A DNA stretch of 64,000 nt from a virus (IMGVR_UViG_3300028534_000017:8284-72283), one strand, 5' to 3'; counted from the first letter of the stretch, positions 39,944 through 49,796 are shown. Translations and numbers: made by a program. Notes: generated by a model from the letters alone, not told the origin.

Positions 39944-40288
39944 ATGTATACAAATGACGAGTTAGTATTTATGTTAAAAATGGTCAATAAAGAAGATATT
40001 TTAGATTTAGATAAATACAACGATAGAAGTTTAGAAGAAGAGTTAGAAACAGTATTCGAATTAAATTACGGCAGTGATTATATAAATAATAAAATTAATT
40101 CTAAAAAAGAAAAATTTAGATTAAAAAGAATATCATTTTCTAAATTACAAAAATATTCTTTAGAAAAGCCAAATTTAGATATTATTCCATTAATGGAAAG
40201 AAAGAGTTTAGAAACTCTTTCTAGAGAAAATATGTTAAATGAATCAAAACGACGTACAAAGGCTTTCCATGAAAGTAAATATAAATAA
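39944..40288 (+). CDS. Hypothetical protein
   Basis: 114-aa ORF with RBS AAGGA. Confidence 0.5.
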   Translation: MYTNDELVFMLKMVNKEDILDLDKYNDRSLEEELETVFELNYGSDYINNKINSKKEKFRLKRISFSKLQKYSLEKPNLDIIPLMERKSLETLSRENMLNESKRRTKAFHESKYK

Positions 40289-40700
40289 AAAAGAGATTAC
40301 CGAACTTCTCGAAAGTTCCGGTTTTATGGTAGGTGTTAATAAAGGATTTCATGAAAGTCCTTTACCGACATTTGCTGTAAAAAGTTATAGCGATTTAGGA
40401 ACTTTAAAATCAAAATACCGAAAAGATGATACAGCAATTGCTCAAGATCTTGGATTACGTATGGGAACGCAAGCCTTAACTAAATTAACTCTTGGTGGAT
40501 TAGTTTATGGAGCGGCGCGCGGTGCCCAACATATTGCTCAAGATAATGGTATTGATATGGATATAGATAGTGATAGTTCTAAACTAGCGGCAGCTATTCC
40601 AGCAGTTGCTAGTGCTTGGTATGTATCAGATAAGGCAAATAAATATTTACCAAAATTACATAAAAATATAATTGGTGAAAAAGATAGTATATATAAATAA
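40269..40700 (+). CDS. Gly/Ala-rich protein with INKxE..LLE N-terminus (start reassigned to MKVNINKK)
   Basis: LTLGGLVYGAARGA hydrophobic segment; N-terminal motif shared with 41332, 42040 and 54331. Confidence 0.5.
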   Translation: MKVNINKKEITELLESSGFMVGVNKGFHESPLPTFAVKSYSDLGTLKSKYRKDDTAIAQDLGLRMGTQALTKLTLGGLVYGAARGAQHIAQDNGIDMDIDSDSSKLAAAIPAVASAWYVSDKANKYLPKLHKNIIGEKDSIYK

Positions 40701-40730
40701 TATATAAATAATATATAAATAAGGAAAATT

Positions 40731-41327
40731 ATGGCACAGCTTATATTAAATAAAAAGGATTTTTTAAATTATGTTAATAATCTAAAAAATCCTAATGCTC
40801 AAGGAAACGCTCTTGGACTAACTCTTGGAACTACTATAGCTGGTGGTACTATTGGAGCATTAACTGGCGAAGTACTTGGTAATCCTTTTGGTGGGGCTGC
40901 TGTTGGAGCAGCTCTTGGTGGGGCTGCTGGAGCATATAAATCTAAAAAATATTTTACAGAAGCTTCTAAAGTTTTTAAAATATCCCGTAAACTTGTAGAA
41001 GCGGCAGATAAACAAAATAAAAGATTAGGTAAAGATCATCCAACAACTATTAAAAATAAAGAAAAATTTAAAGAAATATTTTCTAAAAAATCAACCGAAC
41101 CAAAAACAGTATTAACAGAAGCTTCCGAAAGTAAACCAGAAAAGTCTCAGAATGTACCATGTAAAGGTATTAAAGAAAAGAAAGGGTTTAGTTGTAAAGA
41201 AGAACTATTTCGAGGTAAACCAACAGGAAAGTTCTTTATAACTACACATAGAGCTCGTTCTAAAAGTTATGATAGTTTTGATAAGATACCTCAATCTATA
41301 ATTAATTTTATAGACAGTACTGGATGA
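40731..41327 (+). CDS. Glycine-zipper protein
   Basis: GLTLGTTIAGGTIGALTG...GGAAVGAALGGAAGA. Confidence 0.6.
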   Translation: MAQLILNKKDFLNYVNNLKNPNAQGNALGLTLGTTIAGGTIGALTGEVLGNPFGGAAVGAALGGAAGAYKSKKYFTEASKVFKISRKLVEAADKQNKRLGKDHPTTIKNKEKFKEIFSKKSTEPKTVLTEASESKPEKSQNVPCKGIKEKKGFSCKEELFRGKPTGKFFITTHRARSKSYDSFDKIPQSIINFIDSTG

Positions 41328-41331
41328 GAAG

Positions 41332-42030
41332 ATGACTTTAAATATAAATAAAGAAGTGCTTTTAGAAGAAGTTTCTAAAATACAAAATAAAGATGATATA
41401 GCTTATCATTATAGTAATAAAAAATTTCCAGAAATAAAGACTCGAGAAATGCTCGGAATGGAATTACCAGAACAAGCTACCCCTGATTCAAATTATAATA
41501 AAACCGTTTCTTTAGTACCTGCTCCATTATCACCAGAAATTATTAAAAAATATAGACAAACTGGTTTTAAAGCTTGGGGTAATTCTGGAGATCCAATATA
41601 TGAATATAAAATAAGTATTTCTAAAAATAAAAACGCTTTCGTTAAAAATATTAAATTTACCAGCGTTGAAGAACAAACGAAATATGAAAAGAATAATAAT
41701 TGGGATAGATTTTTTAAAGATCGTGGGATAGATACTAAAAAAATTTTAAAAGATGATGATTACTGGGATAAAAATCAGGATAAGTATTTTAAAATTAAAA
41801 AAGAATATAAATCAAATATGTATAATTATTTAGAAAGGGTACTTCCAAAAGTTACTCCAGATAATTATAAAAAATTAGATTGGATTAAAAAAATTAAAGA
41901 TAGATGGAATTGGTATTTAGAATATAATTTAAAACATGGTTCAAAAAGTCAATATGCAACTTATATTCCACATATACATACTGAAATTAAAGCCCCTTTA
42001 AAAATAGAATCGGTTAAAAAAATAATATAA
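41332..42030 (+). CDS. Hypothetical protein with MTLNINKEVLLE N-terminus
   Basis: First 12 aa identical to 42040..42537. Confidence 0.6.
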   Translation: MTLNINKEVLLEEVSKIQNKDDIAYHYSNKKFPEIKTREMLGMELPEQATPDSNYNKTVSLVPAPLSPEIIKKYRQTGFKAWGNSGDPIYEYKISISKNKNAFVKNIKFTSVEEQTKYEKNNNWDRFFKDRGIDTKKILKDDDYWDKNQDKYFKIKKEYKSNMYNYLERVLPKVTPDNYKKLDWIKKIKDRWNWYLEYNLKHGSKSQYATYIPHIHTEIKAPLKIESVKKII

Positions 42031-42039
42031 GGAGATTAA

Positions 42040-42537
42040 ATGACACTAAATATAAATAAAGAAGTACTTTTAGAGGATATTGAATTTGCCACGGTAACCG
42101 ATTTGCCAAAAGTACAGAATATATTTAAAAAAAGATTTGGTACTAATATTCCTAATAAAAAATATAAAGAAGCTATTAATAATAAAACGTTAATAATTTC
42201 AAAAAATAAAAATAATATCGATGGTTTTACTAGATTTAATATTTATTCAAAAGCTAAAGCTTCTAAAGAATTAGATAATTATTTAAAAGAAATACCTTCT
42301 TTAAGAAATAAAAATATTTTATTTATTGGGGATACAGCTGTAAATAAATCAAATAATGGTATCGGTGGTAATTTAAGAAAAGAAATCGAAAGTATTGCTA
42401 AAAAAGAAAAAGCTAATATAATAACAATACCTTGGAATGATAAGGTTGAGAAATGGAATATTAAAAATGGTTTTAAAATAATCCATTCTAGTAATAAAAA
42501 ATTACCAAGTTCGGTAGCAATCAAGGAGATTAAATGA
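42040..42537 (+). CDS. GNAT-fold acetyltransferase-like protein with MTLNINKEVLLE N-terminus
   Basis: DTAVNKSNNGIGGNL (acetyl-CoA loop-like), KWNIKNGF. Confidence 0.6.
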   Translation: MTLNINKEVLLEDIEFATVTDLPKVQNIFKKRFGTNIPNKKYKEAINNKTLIISKNKNNIDGFTRFNIYSKAKASKELDNYLKEIPSLRNKNILFIGDTAVNKSNNGIGGNLRKEIESIAKKEKANIITIPWNDKVEKWNIKNGFKIIHSSNKKLPSSVAIKEIK

Positions 42538-42950
42538 ATAAAGATAAATTAAAAGTTCTGGTAGTGGATGATTCTAAAACGATGCTTAGAATTATTACAA
42601 ATTCTTTAATTCGTATAGGTATCCCAAAAGAAAATATTGATACCGCTTTAGATGGTATAGAGGCTTGGGATCTTTTACAAAATCCTCATTTAGATTTAAT
42701 AGCCGGAGAAGAAGTTCAGTATGATATTATAATGACGGATTGGAATATGCCAAATAGAAATGGTTTAGAATTAGTAAAATTAATTCGTAAAGCCGATCAA
42801 TACAAAGATACTCCAATTATTATGATAACTACAGAAGGTGGTAAAACTTCTGTAATACAAGCTCTTAAAGCAGGAGTTAATAACTATATAATCAAACCAT
42901 TTACCCCACATGTTCTTCAGGAAAAACTTAAAGCAATTTTAGGAAAATAA
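42534..42950 (+). CDS. cheY: CheY chemotaxis response regulator
   Basis: VVDDS, TDWNMP (phosphoacceptor Asp), ITTEGGK, ALKAGVNNYIIKPFTP; tail typical of Campylobacterota CheY. Confidence 0.9.
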   Translation: MNKDKLKVLVVDDSKTMLRIITNSLIRIGIPKENIDTALDGIEAWDLLQNPHLDLIAGEEVQYDIIMTDWNMPNRNGLELVKLIRKADQYKDTPIIMITTEGGKTSVIQALKAGVNNYIIKPFTPHVLQEKLKAILGK

Positions 42951-42984
42951 CCTATAAAAATATAGAAAATATAAGGAAATAAAC

Positions 42985-43818
42985 ATGATAATATTATTTT
43001 TAGGAAAAGCCGGTTCCGGTAAAACTCCAGCAGCGAAAGCAATGGAAAAATACTGGAAAGATTCGTTCGTTATAGATGGAGACGAATTAAGAGCCGAAAC
43101 GAACAATAGTGATATTAGTTACTTAGGAAGAGAAGCAAATATGCATCTTGGATTAAGTAGAGCAAGACGATTAAGTGATTTGGGATTTACGGTATTCGTA
43201 GCAATGCAAGCACCAATTAAAGAAATACGCCAACAATATTTAAATGAATACGATATTTGTGTAATTATGAAAAATTCTGGATTAAATCAAAAAGAAAAAG
43301 ATGGATATAATAAAAATTTTAATCCAGATTATTCCGATATAGATAATTATTATAATATAGAAAATTTTTCTGCTGCGGAATTTAGTGAAAAATTTATACC
43401 AAAAGTTCTAGTACCTGCCAGATTCCAAGGTTTTCATAAAGGACATAAAGTGGTACTGGAAGAAGCAAAACGAATTAGTCCAGATATTACGATCGCTTTA
43501 CGAACCGATGATGGAGATATTATAGACTTGGATAAAAATATCGAATTATTAAAATCTAGAAATTATAAAGTAATTAAAACACCATCTATAAACGAAGATT
43601 GGTCTTATTTATCAAAAGAATATGATTACTTAGTACAAGGTAATCCAATGGTAATTAAAAAATTTAATTTAGATAAAATTAAATTAAAATTTATACCAAG
43701 ATATGGTACAGTAAGTGGAACAGATATTAGAAATAATTTAGAAAATAATCATAATAATATTGATACGGACGTTAAAGAATTAATAAAAACTAGTTTAAAA
43801 TCATCTAAAAAGATTTAA
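42985..43818 (+). CDS. APS-kinase-like P-loop domain fused to a HIGH-type cytidylyltransferase-like domain
   Basis: GKAGSGKT, IDGDELR; RFQGFHKGH; SGTDIR. Confidence 0.75.
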   Translation: MIILFLGKAGSGKTPAAKAMEKYWKDSFVIDGDELRAETNNSDISYLGREANMHLGLSRARRLSDLGFTVFVAMQAPIKEIRQQYLNEYDICVIMKNSGLNQKEKDGYNKNFNPDYSDIDNYYNIENFSAAEFSEKFIPKVLVPARFQGFHKGHKVVLEEAKRISPDITIALRTDDGDIIDLDKNIELLKSRNYKVIKTPSINEDWSYLSKEYDYLVQGNPMVIKKFNLDKIKLKFIPRYGTVSGTDIRNNLENNHNNIDTDVKELIKTSLKSSKKI

Positions 43819-43820
43819 AA

Positions 43821-44015
43821 ATGTTAATAATAAAATCGATTCTGTATAGATTAATAAGAATTTTATTATTATTATTAACAAGTTTTTTAATTTTGGGTAA
43901 TATTGAGACAGCATTTAGTATATCTATTATAGATGCGGTAATTGCCACAATATATTATTATTATTTCGATAAATTTTGGAAACGTATTGAATTTAAATTA
44001 TTAAAAAGGAAATAA
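43821..44015 (+). CDS. DUF2061-like small membrane protein
   Basis: KSILYRLI...YYYYFDKFWKRI pattern. Confidence 0.55.
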   Translation: MLIIKSILYRLIRILLLLLTSFLILGNIETAFSISIIDAVIATIYYYYFDKFWKRIEFKLLKRK

Positions 44016-44230
44016 AATGAATAAATTAATTAATTTATTCATAAAATATCCAAATACGTATTATAATCTAGAATTAGAATTAAATAAAATGGAAAAAATA
44101 AAAAATAAAATAGCTTTTCGGGAATATAAATATAGAAATTAAGATTAAGATATGTTGAAATATATTGGAAAATTCAACCGCTGTTAAAGAAAGAAACTGT
44201 CGTTGTAATTGGGAAATAAACTAGCTTCTA

Positions 44231-44264
44231 TCGGGAAGTATATTTAACCAAATATACTTCCCGA
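44231..44264. repeat. Perfect 15-bp inverted repeat
   Basis: TCGGGAAGTATATTT-AACC-AAATATACTTCCCGA. Confidence 0.8.
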
Positions 44265-44306
44265 AGAACAAGCAATAAATATAATTAAACAGAAAATGGA
44301 AATAAA

Positions 44307-44969
44307 ATGGAAAATCAAGAAATAAAAAAATTAAATCCAGAATTTGAAAAAAATGAAATTATAGATTATGTTAAAGATATTAAATTAATTTATATGAAAT
44401 CCAAAGATATCAAGGTACTTAAAGAAAGAATTTGGAAACAGCAAAATAAAATTTGTCCTATTCTTGGAATAGAAATTCCGTTAGATAAGGCAGTTCTTGA
44501 TCATAAACATAAATTAAAATCAGAACTTCCTGGACCTAATAAAGGTACCATTAGAACATTTTTAGATTTTAGAGCGAACGCTTTAGCTGGTAAAATGGAA
44601 AATGCTTTCAAAAGATACTTTGGTTCGGATGAATCTAAACATCCAATATCTTTACCAGAATTTTTAAGAAACACTGCCGATTATTTAGAGAATGGAGATT
44701 ATGTGGAAACGTACGATAATACTGACGTTTACTATATTCACCCAAATGAAGTACCTAAACGTATTAAGTTAAAAAAATCGGAGCAGAATAAAATTAATAA
44801 ATATTATTTAGAATTATATCCTCGTAGAAAAAAGATACCTAAATTTACTTATTTGAATGATGAAGTACAAAGAATTTTAGATGATATTAAAGATTTAGAA
44901 ATTGATAAGACTTTGGCTAAAGCTGAAAGACAGAGACAAAGAAAAACAAAAAACGAAAAAAAATTTTAA
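44307..44969 (+). CDS. Endonuclease VII-like (T4 gp49 family) nuclease
   Basis: QQNKICPIL...VLDHKH...GTIRTFL...AN..GKME. Confidence 0.75.
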   Translation: MENQEIKKLNPEFEKNEIIDYVKDIKLIYMKSKDIKVLKERIWKQQNKICPILGIEIPLDKAVLDHKHKLKSELPGPNKGTIRTFLDFRANALAGKMENAFKRYFGSDESKHPISLPEFLRNTADYLENGDYVETYDNTDVYYIHPNEVPKRIKLKKSEQNKINKYYLELYPRRKKIPKFTYLNDEVQRILDDIKDLEIDKTLAKAERQRQRKTKNEKKF

Positions 44970-45091
44970 ATGTAAAAATACCGGAGATATTACACATAGA
45001 TGAAGGAATAGGATGAAATTAAAAATAAAACTTGGGCTTATAGATGCAAAACCAGAGCATTAGGCAATCCCTAAATATTTAAGGAATTAAT

Positions 45092-45202
45092 ATGAGTCTT
45101 AATACAAAAATTATAATAGTGGTCGCGATAAGTGCTTTCGTTGTACTTGGAGCTTATTTAGATGGAACACCTTTAATAGATATTCCAAATTTATTTAATT
45201 AA
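45092..45202 (+). CDS. Small membrane peptide, 36 aa (not in ORF track)
   Basis: MSLNTKIIIVVAISAFVVLGAYL...; RBS AAGGA. Confidence 0.45.
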   Translation: MSLNTKIIIVVAISAFVVLGAYLDGTPLIDIPNLFN

Positions 45203-45392
45203 AAGGAAAGGTATGAAATTTTAAGGAAAACTAATTAGCAAAGATAACCAAATATTGATTATCAATGCAAAATCTTTTGATATATGGGGAAGCCGAAAAA
45301 AAATTCTAGAATTATTCTAGAACGGGTATTTAGAATATCATTCTTATGAGTTAACTCATATAAATACAATAAATTATAAATAAGGAATCAAA

Positions 45393-45836
45393 ATGACATT
45401 TCCATTTTTAGGGGATATTATTAAAACAGGTGGTGATTTAATTAAATCTTATTTTCCACCAGATTTAAGTCCAGAACAGAAAGCTCAGTTGGAGGCCGGT
45501 ATTCAAGAGTACCAGTTAAAAATGCAAGATTCTTTACAAAAATACAATACCGAAATTATTAAACAACAGGGAAATATAGTTAAAGCAGAAGCTCAAAGCG
45601 AATCGTGGATAGCTAGAAATTGGCGTCCAATTACTATGCTTACCTTCGTTTTTATTATAGCTAATAATTATATTATTTATCCATATTTATCTTTATTTGG
45701 TATTCCATCGACTGCTTTAAATATCCCACCAGATATGTGGGAACTTTTAAAAATAGGATTAGGTGGATATGTCGTGGGTAGATCGGTAGAAAAAGCTGTA
45801 AAAAATTATACATTGACAAAAACTTTAAATAGTTAA
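45393..45836 (+). CDS. 3-TM holin (GTA-holin family)
   Basis: AEAQSESWIARNWRP...GLGGYVVGRSVEK. Confidence 0.85.
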   Translation: MTFPFLGDIIKTGGDLIKSYFPPDLSPEQKAQLEAGIQEYQLKMQDSLQKYNTEIIKQQGNIVKAEAQSESWIARNWRPITMLTFVFIIANNYIIYPYLSLFGIPSTALNIPPDMWELLKIGLGGYVVGRSVEKAVKNYTLTKTLNS

Positions 45837-45855
45837 TTAAAATTAAAGGATTGAA

Positions 45856-46539
45856 ATGATAAAAATATTAATAGGATTATTAATTATAACAGCTGCCCTT
45901 ATGGCTGAAGTTTATGATCAAATAATTCCAGAAACAAACGAACACCCTTATAAAATTTTTTATAATTATAATTATAAGGAACCAGTTAAAGTACAGTACA
46001 AAACATCCAGCGAAACAGTATATCAATTGAATATTATTAAACGACCAGGTTTTAAATCTGATAAAAATATTCCAAGGGAGTATCGTTCTTATACTTCGGA
46101 TTATACAGGTACTGGGTATGATAGAGGACATATGGCACCAGACGCATTATTTGATTATAACCAAACTGTTTTAAATAATGTTTATCTTATGTCGAATATT
46201 ACTCCACAGTTACCAAATCTTAATAGAAAAGTTTGGAAGCGCTTAGAATTTTATATAAGATATCAAACTATGATAAATGATTCGTTAAAAATAGAAAATT
46301 ATATTTTCTTTGAAGCACCTATTAAAAGAATAGGAAGCCATAAAATAGCAGTACCTGCTAAATTTTTAAAGGTTATTCATTTTCCAAAAGAATCGAAACG
46401 AATAACAGAATGTTATTTATTTATAAATAAAGAATCCGAATTATTAAATAGAGATCCTATGGATTACAGAATTAGTAATAAGTTATGTAATTTTTATAGA
46501 AATACTTTGCATAAAAATCAAAAACAATTTAAAAAATAA
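45856..46539 (+). CDS. Secreted DNA/RNA non-specific endonuclease (NucA/EndoG family)
   Basis: Signal peptide MIKILIGLLIITAALMA; YDRGHMAP; SNITPQ...NRKVW. Confidence 0.9.
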   Translation: MIKILIGLLIITAALMAEVYDQIIPETNEHPYKIFYNYNYKEPVKVQYKTSSETVYQLNIIKRPGFKSDKNIPREYRSYTSDYTGTGYDRGHMAPDALFDYNQTVLNNVYLMSNITPQLPNLNRKVWKRLEFYIRYQTMINDSLKIENYIFFEAPIKRIGSHKIAVPAKFLKVIHFPKESKRITECYLFINKESELLNRDPMDYRISNKLCNFYRNTLHKNQKQFKK

Positions 46540-46548
46540 AGGTAAAAT

Positions 46549-47076
46549 ATGACTGATATTAAGAAAGAATTAAACATTAGGGATGTTATTAAATACAACG
46601 AGGCTTTAACTATAAAATTATCAAAAAATTTTATGTTAAGTGAATTTCTTTATAGTGGCACTGCTCTTAGAAAAAATATTGATAATGATATGCCTAGAGA
46701 ATATTTACCAAGAATTCAATATTTGGTAGATACTATTATTCAGCCAGTTCGCGACGAATTTGGCCCAATTAAAATAAATTCTGGTTATAGAAGCGTTGAA
46801 TTATGTAAAGCTATTGGAAGTAACGAGCACAGCAATCATGCTTATGGATTAGCTGCGGATATCGAACCATATAATAAAAAAACTAAATTGATAGATGTAT
46901 TGGAATTTATTTATAATAATTGCGAATATAAAGAATTGATTGGTGAATATTTTCCAACTGGTTGGGTACATGTTGCGGCACAAGATGGTAATAATAAAAA
47001 AGAATTAAAATTAAAAGATAAATATCATAATTATACTAGAGTCGATTTAGAAACTATAAAAGAATCTGTAGCTTAA
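46549..47076 (+). CDS. Peptidase M15A endolysin
   Basis: LSKNFMLSEF, INSGYRS, SNHAYGLAADI and WVHVA. Confidence 0.88.
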   Translation: MTDIKKELNIRDVIKYNEALTIKLSKNFMLSEFLYSGTALRKNIDNDMPREYLPRIQYLVDTIIQPVRDEFGPIKINSGYRSVELCKAIGSNEHSNHAYGLAADIEPYNKKTKLIDVLEFIYNNCEYKELIGEYFPTGWVHVAAQDGNNKKELKLKDKYHNYTRVDLETIKESVA

Positions 47077-47130
47077 TGTATTAAAGTATAGATATAGTTA
47101 ATGATTAGACAAGAAAATTAAGGAACAATT

Positions 47131-47865
47131 ATGATATTTTACTCAAATACAGACGCGTCTGATAATAATTTGCCGTCTCAAGAATATCTTCCTACCTTGG
47201 AGGATATTTTATCAGAAAGTAAATTTTTATTAGACACAGATATTAAAAATTTTAATTATTATTTATTTGAAGGGGATATGGAAAAATTACAACCAGATGA
47301 GTTTGAATTTGCTTCTAATGAATTACTAGAAAAACATATTAACGAAGTGAATGAAAATTATTTAAATATAGATATAGATTATTTAACTCATAAAAACGAT
47401 TACGAAAAAAAGATATTTCTTAAAAAATTTATATTATTTTTTATGCAGATATTACCATACGAAATTTTAAAACCAATTCTTAAAGATAAAGATTCTTTAA
47501 GTACTTTAAATCCGAGTGATTCATTAGTACTAGAAGATACTTTTGATACACCAACCGAAACTATTTTATATAGAATACTCGATTATGATAATGATAATAT
47601 TTATAAAATAAAAGATTTACTTTTAGAACAATTGGATAAAAAAATTAAAAAGATGAACAACTTTATCAATATAATAGATGAAGTTATGGAACTAAGTAAG
47701 AAAAATACTTTAGAAGATTCAAGAGACGTATTTGAAGATCATGTCAATACTCAAAATAATTATTATCGGATTTATAAATCTGTTATTCAAAATACAGATT
47801 TAGAAAAACTCGTGAATTTATTTAGAAAATATATTGAAAAAGATTATTTAAATTTAATAAATTAA
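47131..47865 (+). CDS. Hypothetical protein
   Basis: 244-aa ORF. Confidence 0.55.
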   Translation: MIFYSNTDASDNNLPSQEYLPTLEDILSESKFLLDTDIKNFNYYLFEGDMEKLQPDEFEFASNELLEKHINEVNENYLNIDIDYLTHKNDYEKKIFLKKFILFFMQILPYEILKPILKDKDSLSTLNPSDSLVLEDTFDTPTETILYRILDYDNDNIYKIKDLLLEQLDKKIKKMNNFINIIDEVMELSKKNTLEDSRDVFEDHVNTQNNYYRIYKSVIQNTDLEKLVNLFRKYIEKDYLNLIN

Positions 47866-47879
47866 TTAAAGGAATTGTT

Positions 47880-48371
47880 ATGAAAATAACTTTAAAGGAC
47901 ACTAATACTTTAGTACAAGAAGCTAAAGGAACGACTACTGGCATAGATGATAGATTAGAAAATTTTTTTAGAACTTATGGTGGTAAAACAATTATACCAA
48001 CGGATTTTAAAGTTTATCAATACTATGATAAAAATGGAAATGTTTATCAACAATTTTCATTTGATTTTTTTCCAGAAAATATGATGTACACTAATATAAC
48101 TATTCCAGATAGTTGGTTAACCTCGTATGATCTGGAAGAAAATATCGATATTATTTTTTGTAAAGCATGTGCTTATAAAGCCAATATTAATCAACTTTAT
48201 CCATTTAGAGATGGTAAAGTAGTTACTAAAGATGATCAAGGTACTGATGATGTTACGGACGATACATATTCAGACGTTTATCAAAAAACTTACAAATATT
48301 TTTTAGATAATGAGTTGGATCTTTTATGCCCAATATGTTTTTCTAAGAATTCATTTGCTAATGTTCAATAA
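47880..48371 (+). CDS. Hypothetical protein with two CxxC pairs
   Basis: CKAC...CPIC. Confidence 0.55.
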   Translation: MKITLKDTNTLVQEAKGTTTGIDDRLENFFRTYGGKTIIPTDFKVYQYYDKNGNVYQQFSFDFFPENMMYTNITIPDSWLTSYDLEENIDIIFCKACAYKANINQLYPFRDGKVVTKDDQGTDDVTDDTYSDVYQKTYKYFLDNELDLLCPICFSKNSFANVQ

Positions 48372-48376
48372 CAATA

Positions 48377-48410
48377 AATTCGGAGATTAATTTCTCCGAA
48401 TTTTCCTGTC
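48377..48410 (+). terminator. Hairpin plus TTTTCCTGTC
   Basis: AATTCGGAGA-TTAATT-TCTCCGAATT then TTCCTGTC. Confidence 0.7.
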
Positions 48411-48572
48411 TTTAAATAAAGGAACCTATAAAGAAGTATAAACAAAAGAAAATAGGTAAATAATAACTAATTAGCTGCTAGTAGACATACAGCTTAATAG
48501 ATATATTATAGATATATTAATGAATAATATAATAGATGCAAAATACACTAAATAAACGAAAAGGAAACAAAA

Positions 48573-49787
48573 ATGTCTTTTAAAAAAGTCATAAGTACAG
48601 AAACAATTAACAGAGTACATGAAACTAAAAATATAACTCAAGAAATTATTGGCACGAGTATTCACGAAGTACCAATACAATATAGAATTCTAAGTAAGAA
48701 TGATTTCGGAATTCATAAGAATAGAATTAACTTAGGTATCTTTAATAAAAAAACCGATTTTAGAATTTCCGAGAAAGAATCTGCAATCGTTCTTAATAAA
48801 GAAACGTTGGAATTGCAAGCACCAACGATTCCAGAAATACAAAGTACCCCTGATAATTATTTTTTATTTTGGAAGTATTCGTTTCAAAAAAGAAATAATG
48901 AAATTTTAGTTATTAAGGATAAAAATAATAATAAAGAATTTCAAATTAATCTTACATATTCTTTCGCTAAAGAAATTATTACCCATTTACTTTATTCGGA
49001 TGGATCATTTCAACTTTCTAAAAATTTTACGGAAACTGAAAAAATATTTATAAATAATTTTATTATTTTTAAAAATAATAAAATTAGTTTTAACAAAGGT
49101 ATTCTAGTAAATTCAAATTATAAATTTTTATTAGGTTTAACAGAGTTATTTAAAAATTCTGGAATTATACCAGGAAATATTAATTTATATAGTGTTGGTT
49201 TAATTTTTAATCTTTTAGAAGCTAGTTACAGTATTCGTAAAAAGGATGAAAATTTTATAGTAAGATATAAGTTCAGTTCGTACTTATATAAGTTATTAAT
49301 AAAAGATAATGAATTAGATATTTTGGAAGACTTACAATTTAAATTCAGAAATTTAAAATATTTTATAGTAAATGGTCAAATTAAAACTAAGTACTTAAAA
49401 TTTTATAATGATATAAAAGATATTAGAAGTATGGAAAATAATTTAGATCCAGTTGGTATAAATTCTGGAGAAATTGAATTAATTCCATGTACTGATATAG
49501 TATTTGAAAAAGTTAAAGTAAATCAGGATAATTTAAAAATGGTTGATTTAGTTATGGAAAATGACAATGCTCATAATTTTTATTTAGATGGATTGCCATT
49601 ATTAAAAAATAGTGATGGAGATATCCTTGCAGCTATGGCGCTGTTTTCTAAAGAAGCGGCTAAAGAAGCCTCTGAAAATTTTAGCGCTAGTAATAAAACG
49701 AAATTTGTAAATCCAGCCAATTTAAATATCCAGAACTGGGGTGTGAAAACAGATAGCCAATTAGGGTTATATAACGCTACAAAATAG
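48573..49787 (+). CDS. rpoC: Split-intein C-fragment (aa 1-346, with LAGLIDADG-like domain) fused to a 58-aa RNAP beta' C-extein carrying the rest of the catalytic motif
   Basis: Blocks F/G VDLVMENDNAHNFYLDGLPLLKN|S with Asn at 49608-49610 and Ser at 49611; HLLYSDGS; extein SDGDILAAMALFSKEA...DSQLGLYNAT matches beta' after NADFDGD. Confidence 0.85.
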   Translation: MSFKKVISTETINRVHETKNITQEIIGTSIHEVPIQYRILSKNDFGIHKNRINLGIFNKKTDFRISEKESAIVLNKETLELQAPTIPEIQSTPDNYFLFWKYSFQKRNNEILVIKDKNNNKEFQINLTYSFAKEIITHLLYSDGSFQLSKNFTETEKIFINNFIIFKNNKISFNKGILVNSNYKFLLGLTELFKNSGIIPGNINLYSVGLIFNLLEASYSIRKKDENFIVRYKFSSYLYKLLIKDNELDILEDLQFKFRNLKYFIVNGQIKTKYLKFYNDIKDIRSMENNLDPVGINSGEIELIPCTDIVFEKVKVNQDNLKMVDLVMENDNAHNFYLDGLPLLKNSDGDILAAMALFSKEAAKEASENFSASNKTKFVNPANLNIQNWGVKTDSQLGLYNATK

Positions 49788-49796
49788 GATAATAGT

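Noticed and set aside
48573-48620. M-SFKKVI as the intein's own N-terminal nucleophile (stand-alone cis-cleaving intein)
   Set aside because: It fits block A worse than SFSSNYII, and it would leave the catalytic Asp triad unjoined. Not excluded without experiment.
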